A stretch of 64,000 bases of DNA from an uncultured Chloroflexia bacterium (GCA_963722105.1 CAVRKQ010000001.1:13686-77685), one strand, 5' to 3'; counted from the stretch's first letter, positions 32,047 to 42,046 are shown. Made by a program: numbers and translations. The notes: generated from the sequence alone by a model not told the origin.

Positions 32047-34929
32047 TTGGCGAAGGTCGACCTGCAGCATCCGCGACCGCTCGACGCAACCCTGACCGTG
32101 ACGCGGGCCGCCGAGGTCCTCGGCGTGCATGCGAACACGATCCGGGCGTGGAGCGACGCCGGCAGGCTCCGGTACTACCGAATCAATCCCCGCGGCGACC
32201 GGCGGTATCGGCTGGGCGACCTCCAGCGCTTCCTTGCCGGACTCGACGCCACCGGCCTCGCGAGCCAGCCGGTCCAGGCAGACGACCGAACGAACGGAGC
32301 GCGGCGCCGGGGCGGCGCGGTGGTGCCCCTCGAGGAGCACCTGGCGATGCTCGAGCTCGTGGGCGACCTGTCCGCCCTCAGCGGCTCGGCGATCCGGGAC
32401 GCCCTCGCGAGCCCGGGCGCGCCTTTGCAGCAGGCGATCCGCACGATCCGCGAGACCCTCGGCGTGGTCCACGTGTCCGCCTGGCGGTTGGACGACCACC
32501 GGCTCACGCCGATCACCACCGCAGGACCGCCGTACTCGGGGCTTGTCGCGCTGCCCGGCACCTACGGCGTCCTCGCCGCCGCGCTCGCCGAGCCGGCGGC
32601 CGTGATCGAGGCCGACCCCGGCGTTCATCCGTCGGCGACGAACCACCCCGGCCGCGAGGTCGCGTGCGCCATCCCTGGGACCGGCGAGCCATGGGGCGTC
32701 CTGCTCCTGCTCCGCGAGACGGCCGATCCCCTTCCGGAGCGTGACCGCGAGCTGATCCGGGTCGCGGCGAAGGCCGTCGGCAACATCCTCCGGGCGACGT
32801 CCTCGGCGACCGAGGTCGCGCACCAGCTCCAGCGGGCCGATGCCCTGCGCCGCGTCACGAGCGACATCGGCAGCCGGCTGGACCTCGACGAGATCCTCGA
32901 GCGGCTCGCGGATCACGCCGCCGTGCTCTTCTCGGCGGATCGCGTCGCGGCCTTCCTGTTCGAGGAGGACGGCGGCCGCCGGATGGCCGCCTCTCGCGGC
33001 CTCTCGCAGTCGTGGATCAACGCGGTCACGGCCGTCGAGGGCGTGACCTTGGGCGCGGCCGCGATCGCCGCACGCCGCCCGATGTTCTCCCTCCACTACA
33101 GCGAGGACCCGCGCGCCGGGGAGCTCCGCGCCGCGGTCATCCAGGAGGGGTTCGACACCGCCTGCATCGCGCCGCTGCTCGACTTCGATCGCACCGAGGC
33201 ACTCGGGATCCTCGGTGTCTACCACGACGTCGCGCACCCCTGGTCGGACGACGAGCTCGACACGATGGCCGCCCTCGCGACCCAGGCGTCGGTCGCGATC
33301 AAGGCGGCCCGCAACTACGCCCAGCTCGCGACGTGGGCGGCCCAGCTCCAGTCGATCCAGGCGCTCGGGTCGCGCCTGAACCGGCTCACCACCGTGCAGG
33401 AGATCGGCGAGGCGATCGCGACGGAGCTGCGCCAGCTGATCGACTATCACAACGTCCGCGTCTACCGGCTCTACGGCGAGGATCTCGTGCCGGTCGCCAT
33501 GCAGGGTCGCGTGGGCGAGTACGAGGAAGAGACGTTCGACAGCCTCAAGCTGAAATACGGGCAGGGCATCACCGGCTGGGTCGCGGAGCACCGCGAGGCC
33601 GTCCTCCTCGACGACGCGGCGAACGAGCCGCGGGCCCAGACGATCGCCGGCACCGAGGACGACCTCGACGAGTCGATGCTCCTCGCGCCGATGCTCTTCG
33701 AGGACGAGGTCATCGGGGTCCTCGTGCTCTCGAAGCTCGGCCTCCGCCAGTTCAAGGCCGACGACCTGCGGCTCCTCGAGATCTACGCGAGCTTCGCCGC
33801 ACAGGCGATGGCCAACGCCGACGCGACGGAGCGGCTACGCGAGCAGTCCGAGGCGCTCGAGCAGAAGGTCCGAGGGCAGCGCGAGCTGCTCAAGATCACC
33901 GAGTCGATCCTGACGACGCTCGATCCCCCGGTCCTCCTTGGCACGATCGCCGACCGCCTCGGCGAGCTCATCGGCTCGGACAACGTCTCGATCGAGCTGG
34001 TCGACCAGGAGCGTGGGGTCCTCTCTCCTGTCGTGGCTCGCGGCATGGACGCGGACTACTACCTCGAGCCGTGGCACCCCGGCGAGACCGGCCTCGCGAC
34101 CTGGGTCCTCGACCACAACGAGCCGGTCAACGTCATCGACGAGTGGGATGACCCTCGCGTGCTCCAGCCGTCATCCGGCCCGATCCACGGGAGCCTCGTC
34201 TGCGTCCCGCTCCGTGGCCGCGACGGCGCGATCGGCGTCGTGACCCTCGAGCGCATCGGCGAGGGCCGGGTCTTCACCGAGGACGAGTTCGAGCTGATCC
34301 AGCTCTTCGCGGCCCAGGCCTCGATCGCCCTCCAGAACGCCGAGGTCCACCTCGCCGTGCGGCAGCGCGCGCAGACGGACGTCCTGACCGGGCTGCTCAA
34401 TCACGGCACGTTCGGCCAGCAGCTCGACGGCATGATCGTCGCTGGTGAGCCGTTCAGCCTCGTCATGCTCGACCTGGACCACTTCAAGCCGGTCAACGAC
34501 GGCATGGGCCACCAGGCCGGCGACCGGCTGCTGCGCGAGGTCGCCGACGCGATCGTCGCGGCGAGCCGCGACACGGACCGGATCTTCCGCTACGGCGGCG
34601 ACGAGTTCGCCGTGCTCCTGCCACGAACGACGGGCGAGGAGGTCGGACCGATCGCCGAGCGCGTGCGAGCCGCCGTGAAGAGCGTCGTCGGGCCCGGGTC
34701 GACGTGGCGGGGCCGGGCGCGGTCACTCGAGGCCTCGGCCGGCACCGCGTCGTTTCCCGCCGATGGCGGCACGGCAGAGGAAGTCCTCCTCGCCGCCGAT
34801 CGGGCGCTATTCGTCGCGAAGCGTTCCGGCGGCGGCCGCGTGGCCAGCTCGGCCGAGGGCCTGGCGCTTGCCGGCGAGCTGAACCTCCAGGTCCCGACCC
34901 CGATCGACCCGCTCGCGAAGACGGCCTGA
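32047..34929 (+). CDS. Diguanylate cyclase with N-terminal BldC/excisionase-like HTH and multiple GAF domains
   Basis: LTVTRAAEVLGVHANTIRAWSDAGRL..PRGDRRY; GAF motifs (CIAPL, GQGITGWVA..SMLLAPM, SLVCVPL); DVLTGLLN, DLDHFKPVND..GH.AGD, RDTD I-site, YGGDEF. Confidence 0.92.
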   Translation: MAKVDLQHPRPLDATLTVTRAAEVLGVHANTIRAWSDAGRLRYYRINPRGDRRYRLGDLQRFLAGLDATGLASQPVQADDRTNGARRRGGAVVPLEEHLAMLELVGDLSALSGSAIRDALASPGAPLQQAIRTIRETLGVVHVSAWRLDDHRLTPITTAGPPYSGLVALPGTYGVLAAALAEPAAVIEADPGVHPSATNHPGREVACAIPGTGEPWGVLLLLRETADPLPERDRELIRVAAKAVGNILRATSSATEVAHQLQRADALRRVTSDIGSRLDLDEILERLADHAAVLFSADRVAAFLFEEDGGRRMAASRGLSQSWINAVTAVEGVTLGAAAIAARRPMFSLHYSEDPRAGELRAAVIQEGFDTACIAPLLDFDRTEALGILGVYHDVAHPWSDDELDTMAALATQASVAIKAARNYAQLATWAAQLQSIQALGSRLNRLTTVQEIGEAIATELRQLIDYHNVRVYRLYGEDLVPVAMQGRVGEYEEETFDSLKLKYGQGITGWVAEHREAVLLDDAANEPRAQTIAGTEDDLDESMLLAPMLFEDEVIGVLVLSKLGLRQFKADDLRLLEIYASFAAQAMANADATERLREQSEALEQKVRGQRELLKITESILTTLDPPVLLGTIADRLGELIGSDNVSIELVDQERGVLSPVVARGMDADYYLEPWHPGETGLATWVLDHNEPVNVIDEWDDPRVLQPSSGPIHGSLVCVPLRGRDGAIGVVTLERIGEGRVFTEDEFELIQLFAAQASIALQNAEVHLAVRQRAQTDVLTGLLNHGTFGQQLDGMIVAGEPFSLVMLDLDHFKPVNDGMGHQAGDRLLREVADAIVAASRDTDRIFRYGGDEFAVLLPRTTGEEVGPIAERVRAAVKSVVGPGSTWRGRARSLEASAGTASFPADGGTAEEVLLAADRALFVAKRSGGGRVASSAEGLALAGELNLQVPTPIDPLAKTA

Positions 34930-35014
34930 GCGCGGCGCGCCTCCCGCGGGCGCGGTTGCCGCAGTGTTACGGGGACCGTCGCGGAGCGTTACCGTCGAAC
35001 GTCAGAGTCCGGCC

Positions 35015-36211
35015 ATGACCCAACCGCGCAGCGCACGCGAACGCTCGATCCTGGAATCGCCCCTGCTCGCCGCGGGCCTCATCATCGTCGTGCTCGCGCT
35101 TGCGGCTGTGCTCCTGCTCCCCTCCCTGCTCGGCTCGCCCGGACCCGGCGCGTCGCCGACGGCACCGTCAGGCTCCGGTCAGCCATCGTCGGCACCGACC
35201 GCTCCCGGCCCGACCTTCCTCCGGCCGACGCCGAGCCCTCAGCCCACGTTCCTGAGCTACGTCGTGAAATCCGGCGACACCCTGAGCTCGATCGCGCGGA
35301 AGCACGGCACCACTGCCTTTTCGATCGCCTGGTGGAACCGCGACAGCCATCCCAGCCTCGATCCCGAGTCGGACAGCTACGACCCGAACCGCCTGGACAT
35401 CGGCTGGGTGCTCCAGATCCTCACGGATACCGTCGTCGACGAGAACAACCCGCCCCAATCGAGCGCTGCGCCCGACCCGACGCAGGGCGGCGCCATCCCG
35501 ACCCCGGCGACCACGAAGCCGACGACCGGACCGCAACCGACCGGGACGCAGCCCCCCACGCCCGCCGGCCCGGCGACGGTCATCTCCCACGGGCCGCGGA
35601 CGGCCAGGAACATCGCGCTGACGTTCGACATGGGCGGGCGGCTCGACCCGGCCGTCGACGTCGTCCGCTGGCTGATCGACCACGAGGTCCACGCGACCCT
35701 CTTCCCGACCGGCAAGTCCGGCACCCAGACGGCCCAGGGCCTGGCGGCGATGCAGCTGGCCGCGACCCGGCCGGACCTCTTCGACTTCGCCAACCACTCG
35801 TGGGATCACCCCGACTTCCGCAACATCACGCGGGCCCAAATGGCCTCGCAGCTGCACCAGACCGAGGCGGCGCTCTCGTCGACCGTTGGGACGACCAAGC
35901 CCTGGTTCCGCCCGCCGTTCGGGGGCTGGAACGACGAGGTCCGCGCCGGGGTCGGCGCGGCTGGCTGGCGGTACATGGTCATGTGGGACATCGACACGAT
36001 CGACTGGCGCCCCGAGGACAACGGCGACGGACCGGCAGGGCCGACCACCTCGCAGATCGTGTCCAAGGTCGCAACCAACGCACGCGGCGGCTCGATCGTG
36101 CTCATGCACCTCGGGGGCTGGCACACGCTCGAGGCGCTCCCGGGGATCCTCGCGGCGTGCGAGAACCTCGGCCTCGAGCCCGTGACGCTGACGGAGATGC
36201 TCGCGGCGTAG
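35015..36211 (+). CDS. Membrane-anchored LysM + polysaccharide deacetylase (CE4)
   Basis: TM helix; YVVKSGDTLSSIA LysM; ALTFDMG, NHSWDH, FRPPFG, WDIDTIDW, VLMH. Confidence 0.9.
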   Translation: MTQPRSARERSILESPLLAAGLIIVVLALAAVLLLPSLLGSPGPGASPTAPSGSGQPSSAPTAPGPTFLRPTPSPQPTFLSYVVKSGDTLSSIARKHGTTAFSIAWWNRDSHPSLDPESDSYDPNRLDIGWVLQILTDTVVDENNPPQSSAAPDPTQGGAIPTPATTKPTTGPQPTGTQPPTPAGPATVISHGPRTARNIALTFDMGGRLDPAVDVVRWLIDHEVHATLFPTGKSGTQTAQGLAAMQLAATRPDLFDFANHSWDHPDFRNITRAQMASQLHQTEAALSSTVGTTKPWFRPPFGGWNDEVRAGVGAAGWRYMVMWDIDTIDWRPEDNGDGPAGPTTSQIVSKVATNARGGSIVLMHLGGWHTLEALPGILAACENLGLEPVTLTEMLAA

Positions 36212-36216
36212 CGGGG

Positions 36217-36978
36217 CTAGAGCCGCCCTGCCGCGATGACTCGCTGCAGGAACTGCCGGGTCCGCGCCTCACGGGGCTCCGACAGGATCTGCACCGGCGG
36301 ACCGATCTCGAGGATCCGGCCGGCGTCGAGGAACGCGATCCGGTCCGCGACGTCGCGCGCGAAGCCCATCTCGTGGGTGGCGATGAGCATCGTCATGCCG
36401 CCCTTCGCGAGCTCCCGGACCACGTCGAGGACCTCGGCGATGAGCTCCGGGTCGAGCGCGCTCGTGATCTCGTCGAGGAGCAGGAGCTGGGGCTGCATCG
36501 CGAGCGCCCGGACGATCGCGACCCGCTGCTGCTGGCCCCCGGACAGGCGATCCGGGTACTCGCGCTGCTTGTCCTCGAGCCCGAACCGCCGCAGCAGCTC
36601 GATGGCCGCCGCCTCGGCCTCCTCGCGCGGTCGCCCGAGGACCCGCCTCGGCGCGAGGGTCACGTTGTCGATGACCCGCAGGTGCGGGAACAGGTTGAAC
36701 GCCTGGAACACGATCCCGATTCCGCGCCGCAGGCGGTCGACGTCGACGCCGCGCGCCGTGATGTCCTCACCGCCAACGCTGATCCGGCCCGCATCGACCG
36801 GCTCGAGGAGGTTCACGCAGCGCAGCAGCGTGGACTTGCCCGAGCCCGACGCGCCGATCAGGCACACGACCTCGTGCTGGGCCAGCTCGAGGTCGATCCC
36901 ATCGAGGACGACGAGGTGCTCGAACGACTTCCGGATCCCCTCGATCCGAAGCGCGGGCGCGGCCTGGACGGCGGTCAT
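36217..36978 (-). CDS. Polar amino-acid ABC transporter ATP-binding protein
   Basis: GASGSGKSTLLRC, LSGGQQQRVAI, LLDEITSALDPE, THEMGFA. Confidence 0.93.
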   Translation of the reverse strand: MTAVQAAPALRIEGIRKSFEHLVVLDGIDLELAQHEVVCLIGASGSGKSTLLRCVNLLEPVDAGRISVGGEDITARGVDVDRLRRGIGIVFQAFNLFPHLRVIDNVTLAPRRVLGRPREEAEAAAIELLRRFGLEDKQREYPDRLSGGQQQRVAIVRALAMQPQLLLLDEITSALDPELIAEVLDVVRELAKGGMTMLIATHEMGFARDVADRIAFLDAGRILEIGPPVQILSEPREARTRQFLQRVIAAGRL

Positions 36979-37883
36979 CGGGGCGGCGCGCCGCTTCCTT
37001 CCACCCGGACGACGACGGGCCCGCCACGCCCTCGGCGCTGCTCGCGTCGGACGAGCCAGTCCACGAAGCGGGCCATGGGGATCGTGAGGAGCAGGAAGAT
37101 GACCGCGGTGATCACGTAGGGCGTCGAGTTGAACGTCGCGGACTGCCGGATCTGTGCCGCCCGGAAGACCTCGACCACCCCGAGCACGCTGACGAGGGCC
37201 GTGTCCTTCTGGAGGCCGATGAAGTCGTTGAGGAGGGGCGGGATGACCCGCCGCACGGCCTGCGGCACGACGACGAACCGCATGGCCTGGAGCTGGCTGA
37301 GCCCGAGCGACCGTGCCGCCGCCGCCTGGCTCGGGTGGATGGACTCGATGCCCGCGCGGTAGACCTCCGAGACGTAGGCCGAGTAGAGGAGTGACAGCGC
37401 GACGACGGCCCAGAAGAAGTCGTCCGATGGCAGGCCCTCGATCCTGAGGGCCGGGATGCCGAACCCGAGCATCGAGATCACGAGGATCCCCGGCAGCGCC
37501 CGGAAGAGGTCGACGTAGGCGGTCGCGAGCAGGCGAATGGGCGCCAGCGCGGCGCCGGGGAGGGTTCGGAGCACCGCGAGCACGAGCCCGAAGACCAGGA
37601 CGAGGACCTCCGCGACCAGGAACAGCTGGACGTTGACCCAGAACGCGCGCGTCACGCGCGGCCACGACTCGTCCCAGGTCTCGGGGTCGAAGAACGACTG
37701 CTGGACCCGGGGCCATCCGGCCGAGCTGACGATGACCCACGCCAGCACGGCGAACACCACGATCGTCGACGCGATCGCGATGAAGAATCCCCGCCGGTCG
37801 CTGGGCGCCGGGAGCAGCCGCGACCGCCGACCGGACAGGACCGGCGGGATCGACCCCGAGTCGGCCGGACCGGAGCCGATCAC
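36975..37883 (-). CDS. Polar amino-acid ABC transporter permease
   Basis: YVDLFRALP, YSAYVSEVYRAGIESI..Q..AARSLG, PQAVRRVIPPLLNDFI..KDTAL. Confidence 0.92.
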   Translation of the reverse strand: MIGSGPADSGSIPPVLSGRRSRLLPAPSDRRGFFIAIASTIVVFAVLAWVIVSSAGWPRVQQSFFDPETWDESWPRVTRAFWVNVQLFLVAEVLVLVFGLVLAVLRTLPGAALAPIRLLATAYVDLFRALPGILVISMLGFGIPALRIEGLPSDDFFWAVVALSLLYSAYVSEVYRAGIESIHPSQAAAARSLGLSQLQAMRFVVVPQAVRRVIPPLLNDFIGLQKDTALVSVLGVVEVFRAAQIRQSATFNSTPYVITAVIFLLLTIPMARFVDWLVRREQRRGRGGPVVVRVEGSGAPPR

Positions 37884-37905
37884 GCCGTTCGGTTCGCGGT
37901 TCGCG

Positions 37906-38847
37906 CTAGGGCAGGAGCTCCGGCGCGGTGTTGAACGGCAGCCACTCGTCGCTCAGGACGTCGAGCGTGCCGTCGTCCTTGAGGGCTGTGATCGCCTGGT
38001 TGACGCAAGCGGTGACCGGGCTGCCCTGCTCCAGCACGACGCTGAAGTGCTCGGGCTCAGCGCCGGCCTCGAGGCCGATCTGCCCGACGATCTTGCTGTT
38101 CTCCACCTGGACACCGGTGATGAATCCGGCGGTCGGCAAGTCGACCACGATCCCGTCGATGTCGCCGGACTTCATGTCCTCGATCGCGTCGTCCGTCGAG
38201 TTGTAGACGGCGGCCTCGGCGGTCGGCTGGATCACCTCCTCGATCGTCGCGAGGCTGGTCGTACCAACCTGCGCGCCCAGCTCGGCGCCCTTGAGCTCCG
38301 TGATCGTCGTCGCGTTGGCGAACTCGTTGTCGGCCAGCGTCACGACGGTCTGGTTGCCGAAGTAGTACCCCTCGGAGAGGTCGGCGTTCTCGCCGCGCTC
38401 CTCGTTGAAGGTCACCTGGCCGATGAAGAAGTCGAAGTCCTTGGGACCCGGGGCGAACGAGGTTCCGAACGCGATCGGGATCCACGTCACGGCGTCACGG
38501 GTGAAGCCCATCTGCTCGGCGATCGCGTAGGCCATCGCGCTCTCGAAGCCCTTGCCCGTGTTCGGGTCGCCCCACTCTGGATCCCAGGGCTCGGCGTTGT
38601 TGTCCGTGCCTTCGAAGTACGGCGGGAACGCCGGGTTGTCGGTACCGACGGTGAGCTTGCCGGCGGCCTTCGTGGCGAGCCCATCGGTCGCGCAGGCATC
38701 CGCGGTCGGGGCCGCGGTGACCGGTTCTGTTGTGGGACCCGTCGTGGCTGCACCGTTCGTGGGAGCGGTGCTGGCGCTGCCGCCCGGGCCGCAGGCCGCT
38801 GCGAAGAGAGCAACGAATCCGAGCGTGACGAGACGAAGGCGCGCCAT
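37906..38847 (-). CDS. Amino-acid ABC transporter substrate-binding lipoprotein
   Basis: SD AGGAGG; lipobox FAAA-C; LTVGTDNPAFPPY, GAQVGTT. Confidence 0.88.
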   Translation of the reverse strand: MARLRLVTLGFVALFAAACGPGGSASTAPTNGAATTGPTTEPVTAAPTADACATDGLATKAAGKLTVGTDNPAFPPYFEGTDNNAEPWDPEWGDPNTGKGFESAMAYAIAEQMGFTRDAVTWIPIAFGTSFAPGPKDFDFFIGQVTFNEERGENADLSEGYYFGNQTVVTLADNEFANATTITELKGAELGAQVGTTSLATIEEVIQPTAEAAVYNSTDDAIEDMKSGDIDGIVVDLPTAGFITGVQVENSKIVGQIGLEAGAEPEHFSVVLEQGSPVTACVNQAITALKDDGTLDVLSDEWLPFNTAPELLP

Positions 38848-38879
38848 GGGTCCTCCTCCTTGGTCGGCGGAGTGTAGCG

Positions 38880-39797
38880 TCAGGCTCGGCGGATGCCGAT
38901 TCGCGCTCCCGTGCCCGCGCCGAGCCGCGTGGTCGCGGAGCCGTTCGAGACGGCGATCGCGATGTTGCCAGAGGAATCCTCGTAGGCGAGGAGGTCGCCG
39001 GGCGAGGCCTCGCCGAACGTCCGGCGCCAGGTGAGCCGCTCCCAGCGGTCGCCACGCCGCGAGCTCGTGGAGCCACCGCCGCTGGAGCTCGCGCCCGTCG
39101 AGCTCGCCACGGCGCCTGCTGCGCCCGCACCCGCCGAGCGCGACGCCGAGTAGTCGACCATGAGGGTGGTGCCGGGCTCGACGGTCCCGAGCGCCTCCCG
39201 CAGCTCCGCGACACCGCCGGCGAGCCGAAGGTTGCCGAACGAATCGACGTAGACCACGCCGGTCGAGAGGCGGCCCTGGAGGGCCTCGGCCTCCGGGAGA
39301 TCCAGGCGGACGAGGCTGTCGGCGTCGATCGCGCTCCCGACCTCGTCGTACGGCGCGCCCATCGCGAGGTGCGCCCCGATCGGCGAGAAGATGTCGCGGC
39401 CGTGGAACGTCGCGCTCGTGGCCGGCAGCATCCAGGCGCGGTTCTCGAGGAGGCGGGCATCCGCGATGCCGCCGAGCCGCTCGGTCGCCGGCAGGAGCAA
39501 CCCGTTGTCCGGGCCCACCAGGATGTCGCCCCGGGACGTCCGGATCGCGACGGGTCGCCGGTCGGTGCCGACGCCCGGATCGACCACCGCCACGTGGACC
39601 CCGACGGGCAGCCACGGAACGGCCGACCGGAGAAGGTAGGCACCGTCGGCGATCGCGAACTTCCGAACCGCGTGGGAGATGTCGACGATCTGGGCGTCGC
39701 GGGCGATGCCGAGCATCACGCCGCGGCAGATCGCTGCTGCACCGTCGTAGCCGAAGTCCGACAGGAAGCCGATGACCGGACGCTGCTCGGCTGGCAT
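38880..39797 (-). CDS. SAM hydroxide adenosyltransferase (DUF62; chlorinase/fluorinase superfamily)
   Basis: FLSDFG, VDISH, VVDPGVGTDRR, GPDNG, TFHGRDIF, VDSFGN. Confidence 0.9.
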   Translation of the reverse strand: MPAEQRPVIGFLSDFGYDGAAAICRGVMLGIARDAQIVDISHAVRKFAIADGAYLLRSAVPWLPVGVHVAVVDPGVGTDRRPVAIRTSRGDILVGPDNGLLLPATERLGGIADARLLENRAWMLPATSATFHGRDIFSPIGAHLAMGAPYDEVGSAIDADSLVRLDLPEAEALQGRLSTGVVYVDSFGNLRLAGGVAELREALGTVEPGTTLMVDYSASRSAGAGAAGAVASSTGASSSGGGSTSSRRGDRWERLTWRRTFGEASPGDLLAYEDSSGNIAIAVSNGSATTRLGAGTGARIGIRRA

Positions 39798-39905
39798 GTG
39801 CCGATCCTATGCCGTCCCGGGAATCGAGACGGCGCCCGGAGGAGGTCGGGCGCCGTCTCGGGTAGCGCGAGCGGAGGGGAGGAGATCCTCGCTCGCTGGA
39901 TGTAG

Positions 39906-40229
39906 TCAGGCGGTCGGTGGATCGATCACGTGCGTGGTGCCGCGGCGGGTTCCGCGACGATCGTGGATGGTCGACCTGGATCTGCCGTTGTCTCGCGGAT
40001 TTGCAGCGACCGCCGCCTGTCGAACCTCGGCGGCGTGCTGGATCCGGCGGTGGAGAACCGCCTCGATCTCCGCGAGCGTCCAGTGGAAGCCGTCGCTCGG
40101 AAGACCGTGGAGGAACCCCGTGAGATTCGCGGCTTCCCCGGTCTCGAGGCCCCGCGCAAGGAGGGCGCGGTAGGTCGACTTGAGGCTGGCCCCGATCGAC
40201 CCGTCCCTGGACTCGCCCTGGCGCTGCAT
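39906..40229 (-). CDS. Small hypothetical protein divergent from the WYL regulator
   Basis: 107-aa ORF (YRALLARGLETGEAANLTGFLHGL..HWTLAEIE) filling the gap. Confidence 0.55.
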   Translation of the reverse strand: MQRQGESRDGSIGASLKSTYRALLARGLETGEAANLTGFLHGLPSDGFHWTLAEIEAVLHRRIQHAAEVRQAAVAANPRDNGRSRSTIHDRRGTRRGTTHVIDPPTA

Positions 40230-40276
40230 CGACTCCAGCTCTCGCGTTCGAACCCGAGTCCCGGCCGGCCCATGCC

Positions 40277-40308
40277 GTCGGTTCGGTCAGTGGATGGTCG
40301 GTTCGGTC
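40277..40308. repeat. Direct repeat GTCGGTTCGGTC x2, 20-nt period
   Basis: Exact copies at 40277-88 and 40297-308 in the divergent intergenic region. Confidence 0.8.
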
Positions 40309-40389
40309 CGGTGCGGTGGCGATGACCCTTCCGTACCAGTGGGACCAGTACTTTCCCCGCGGTCCCAGCGCGGGCCTATCCTCCGCGCC

Positions 40390-41397
40390 GTGGACGACGA
40401 AGAGCTGCTCGAGCGCGAGCCTTCAAAGCGCGACCGGACCGCGCGGCTGATGCGCGTGGCCCGGTTGCTCGAGGGCAACCCGGGGGGCATGCGCCCGAAG
40501 GACATCGCCGAGCGGCTCGGGATGTCCGTGCGCAACGTCTACCGCGACCTCAAGGCCCTCGAGTCCGAGGTGGGCCTCCCGATCTGGTCGGCGGACGGCC
40601 GCTGGGGCGTCGACGCGGAGGCCTTCCTCCCGCCCCTCAAGCTGACGCTCCAGGAGGCCATGGCCGTCTTCCTCGGCGCCCGCCTCATGGTTCGCTACGC
40701 GGACAAGTACGACCCCGATCTCGCGTCGGCGTTCGAGAAGCTTGCGGCGGCGCTCCCGGAGGCCCTTCGCGATCACGTGGCCAGGAGCCTGGAGGTCCTC
40801 CAGGAGGCGCCGCGCGACGCCACGTTCAGCGACAACGTCCGCCAGCTCACGCGCGCCTGGGCGGAGCACAAGGTCGTCGAGATCGACTACGAGGGCGCGG
40901 CCTTCGAGGGACGGTCCGGCGAGCGATCCCGTCGGACGATCCGGCCGTTCCTCATCGAGCCGTCGCTCCAGACTCACGCGCTCTATCTGATCGGCTGGGA
41001 CGAGGACCGGGAGGGGATGCGGACCTTCAAGATCGAGCGCATCCGGGAGGTCCGGGTGACGCCGCGGACGTTCGAGCCGCCGGAGGGCGCGACGCTGGAG
41101 CGGGACCTCCGGCGAGGCTGGGACATCATCGCCGACCAGCCGGCGACGGAGGTCGTCCTGCGGTTCTCCCCCGCCGTCGCCGACCGGGTCCTCGAAACGA
41201 CGTGGCATCCGCTGCAGCAGACGGAGCGGGCTACGGATGGCGGGATGATCTGGCGCTCCACGGTGAGCGGCGTCATCGAGATCCGACTGTGGATCCTGTC
41301 CTGGGGCGAGGACGTCGAAGTCCTCGAGCCCGCCGACCTGCGATCGCAGGTCGCGGCAATCCTGGCCCGGGCTGCGGAGCAGTATCCTGCGGGGTGA
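40390..41397 (+). CDS. HTH-WYL-WCX transcriptional regulator (PafB/PafC/YafY-like)
   Basis: IAERLGMSVRNVYRDLKAL, LYLIGWD..RTFKIERI, WILSWGEDVEVLEPADLR; TATCCT 7 nt before GTG. Confidence 0.92.
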   Translation: MDDEELLEREPSKRDRTARLMRVARLLEGNPGGMRPKDIAERLGMSVRNVYRDLKALESEVGLPIWSADGRWGVDAEAFLPPLKLTLQEAMAVFLGARLMVRYADKYDPDLASAFEKLAAALPEALRDHVARSLEVLQEAPRDATFSDNVRQLTRAWAEHKVVEIDYEGAAFEGRSGERSRRTIRPFLIEPSLQTHALYLIGWDEDREGMRTFKIERIREVRVTPRTFEPPEGATLERDLRRGWDIIADQPATEVVLRFSPAVADRVLETTWHPLQQTERATDGGMIWRSTVSGVIEIRLWILSWGEDVEVLEPADLRSQVAAILARAAEQYPAG

Positions 41398-41466
41398 GCG
41401 GGTGCCGACCGGGGAGGTCCGGTGCGCTGCATCCCCGCACCGCGAAGTCGCCAGGCGGGCAGGGTT

Positions 41467-41482
41467 TAGTACTTCCGTACTA
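41467..41482. promoter_or_regulatory. Palindrome TAGTAC-TTCC-GTACTA, candidate operator
   Basis: Perfect 6-bp arms, 36 nt upstream of the CAP gene. Confidence 0.5.
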
Positions 41483-41518
41483 CCACACGCGCCAGAAGGT
41501 TAGGTCGAGCATCAGCGC

Positions 41519-42046
41519 ATGACATCGAACCCAGCCACGCGCCTCCCGCGGCCGGCGAGAATCCTCGCCCGCCTCGCGATCGCCTCCTTCCTCCTGGCGA
41601 CGGTCGCCACGGTCGTCGGACCAGTCGCCCATCCCGCGCCCGCGAGCGCGAGCACGGCCAGCTACATGGAGGGCCTGCTCGTCAAGTGGATCAACGAGGC
41701 CCGTGCCGACCGCGGCATCCCGAAGCTCACGGTCGGCACGAAGCTGACGACCTACGCGGGTGATCGCGCCGCGACGATGGCCTCGAACAACAAGCTCGCG
41801 CACCCGAGCTGTCTCGGCTGTTCGCTCAACGCCCGGGACATCGACTGGAACACCTGCGGCGAGGTCATCGCCATGAACACGTACCCGTATGGCTACGACG
41901 CCGCGCGGTCCCTCTACAACCAGTGGAAGGGCAGCTCCGGCCACTGGACCATCCTGATGAGCCGCAGCTTCAAGCGGTTCGGGGTCGGGATCGCGTACCG
42001 GAGCAGCAATCACGCCACGTACGGCGCGGCGGTTCTCGCCGGCTGA
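41519..42046 (+). CDS. Secreted CAP (SCP-like) domain protein
   Basis: Signal peptide; INEAR..G, LAH, GEVIA, WKGSSGHWTILM, FGVG. Confidence 0.88.
   Translation: MTSNPATRLPRPARILARLAIASFLLATVATVVGPVAHPAPASASTASYMEGLLVKWINEARADRGIPKLTVGTKLTTYAGDRAATMASNNKLAHPSCLGCSLNARDIDWNTCGEVIAMNTYPYGYDAARSLYNQWKGSSGHWTILMSRSFKRFGVGIAYRSSNHATYGAAVLAG

Noticed and set aside
38880-39797. Fluorinase/chlorinase natural-product cluster
   Set aside because: Has the DUF62 hydrolase-type VVDPG..R and TFHGRD motifs; no biosynthetic genes nearby
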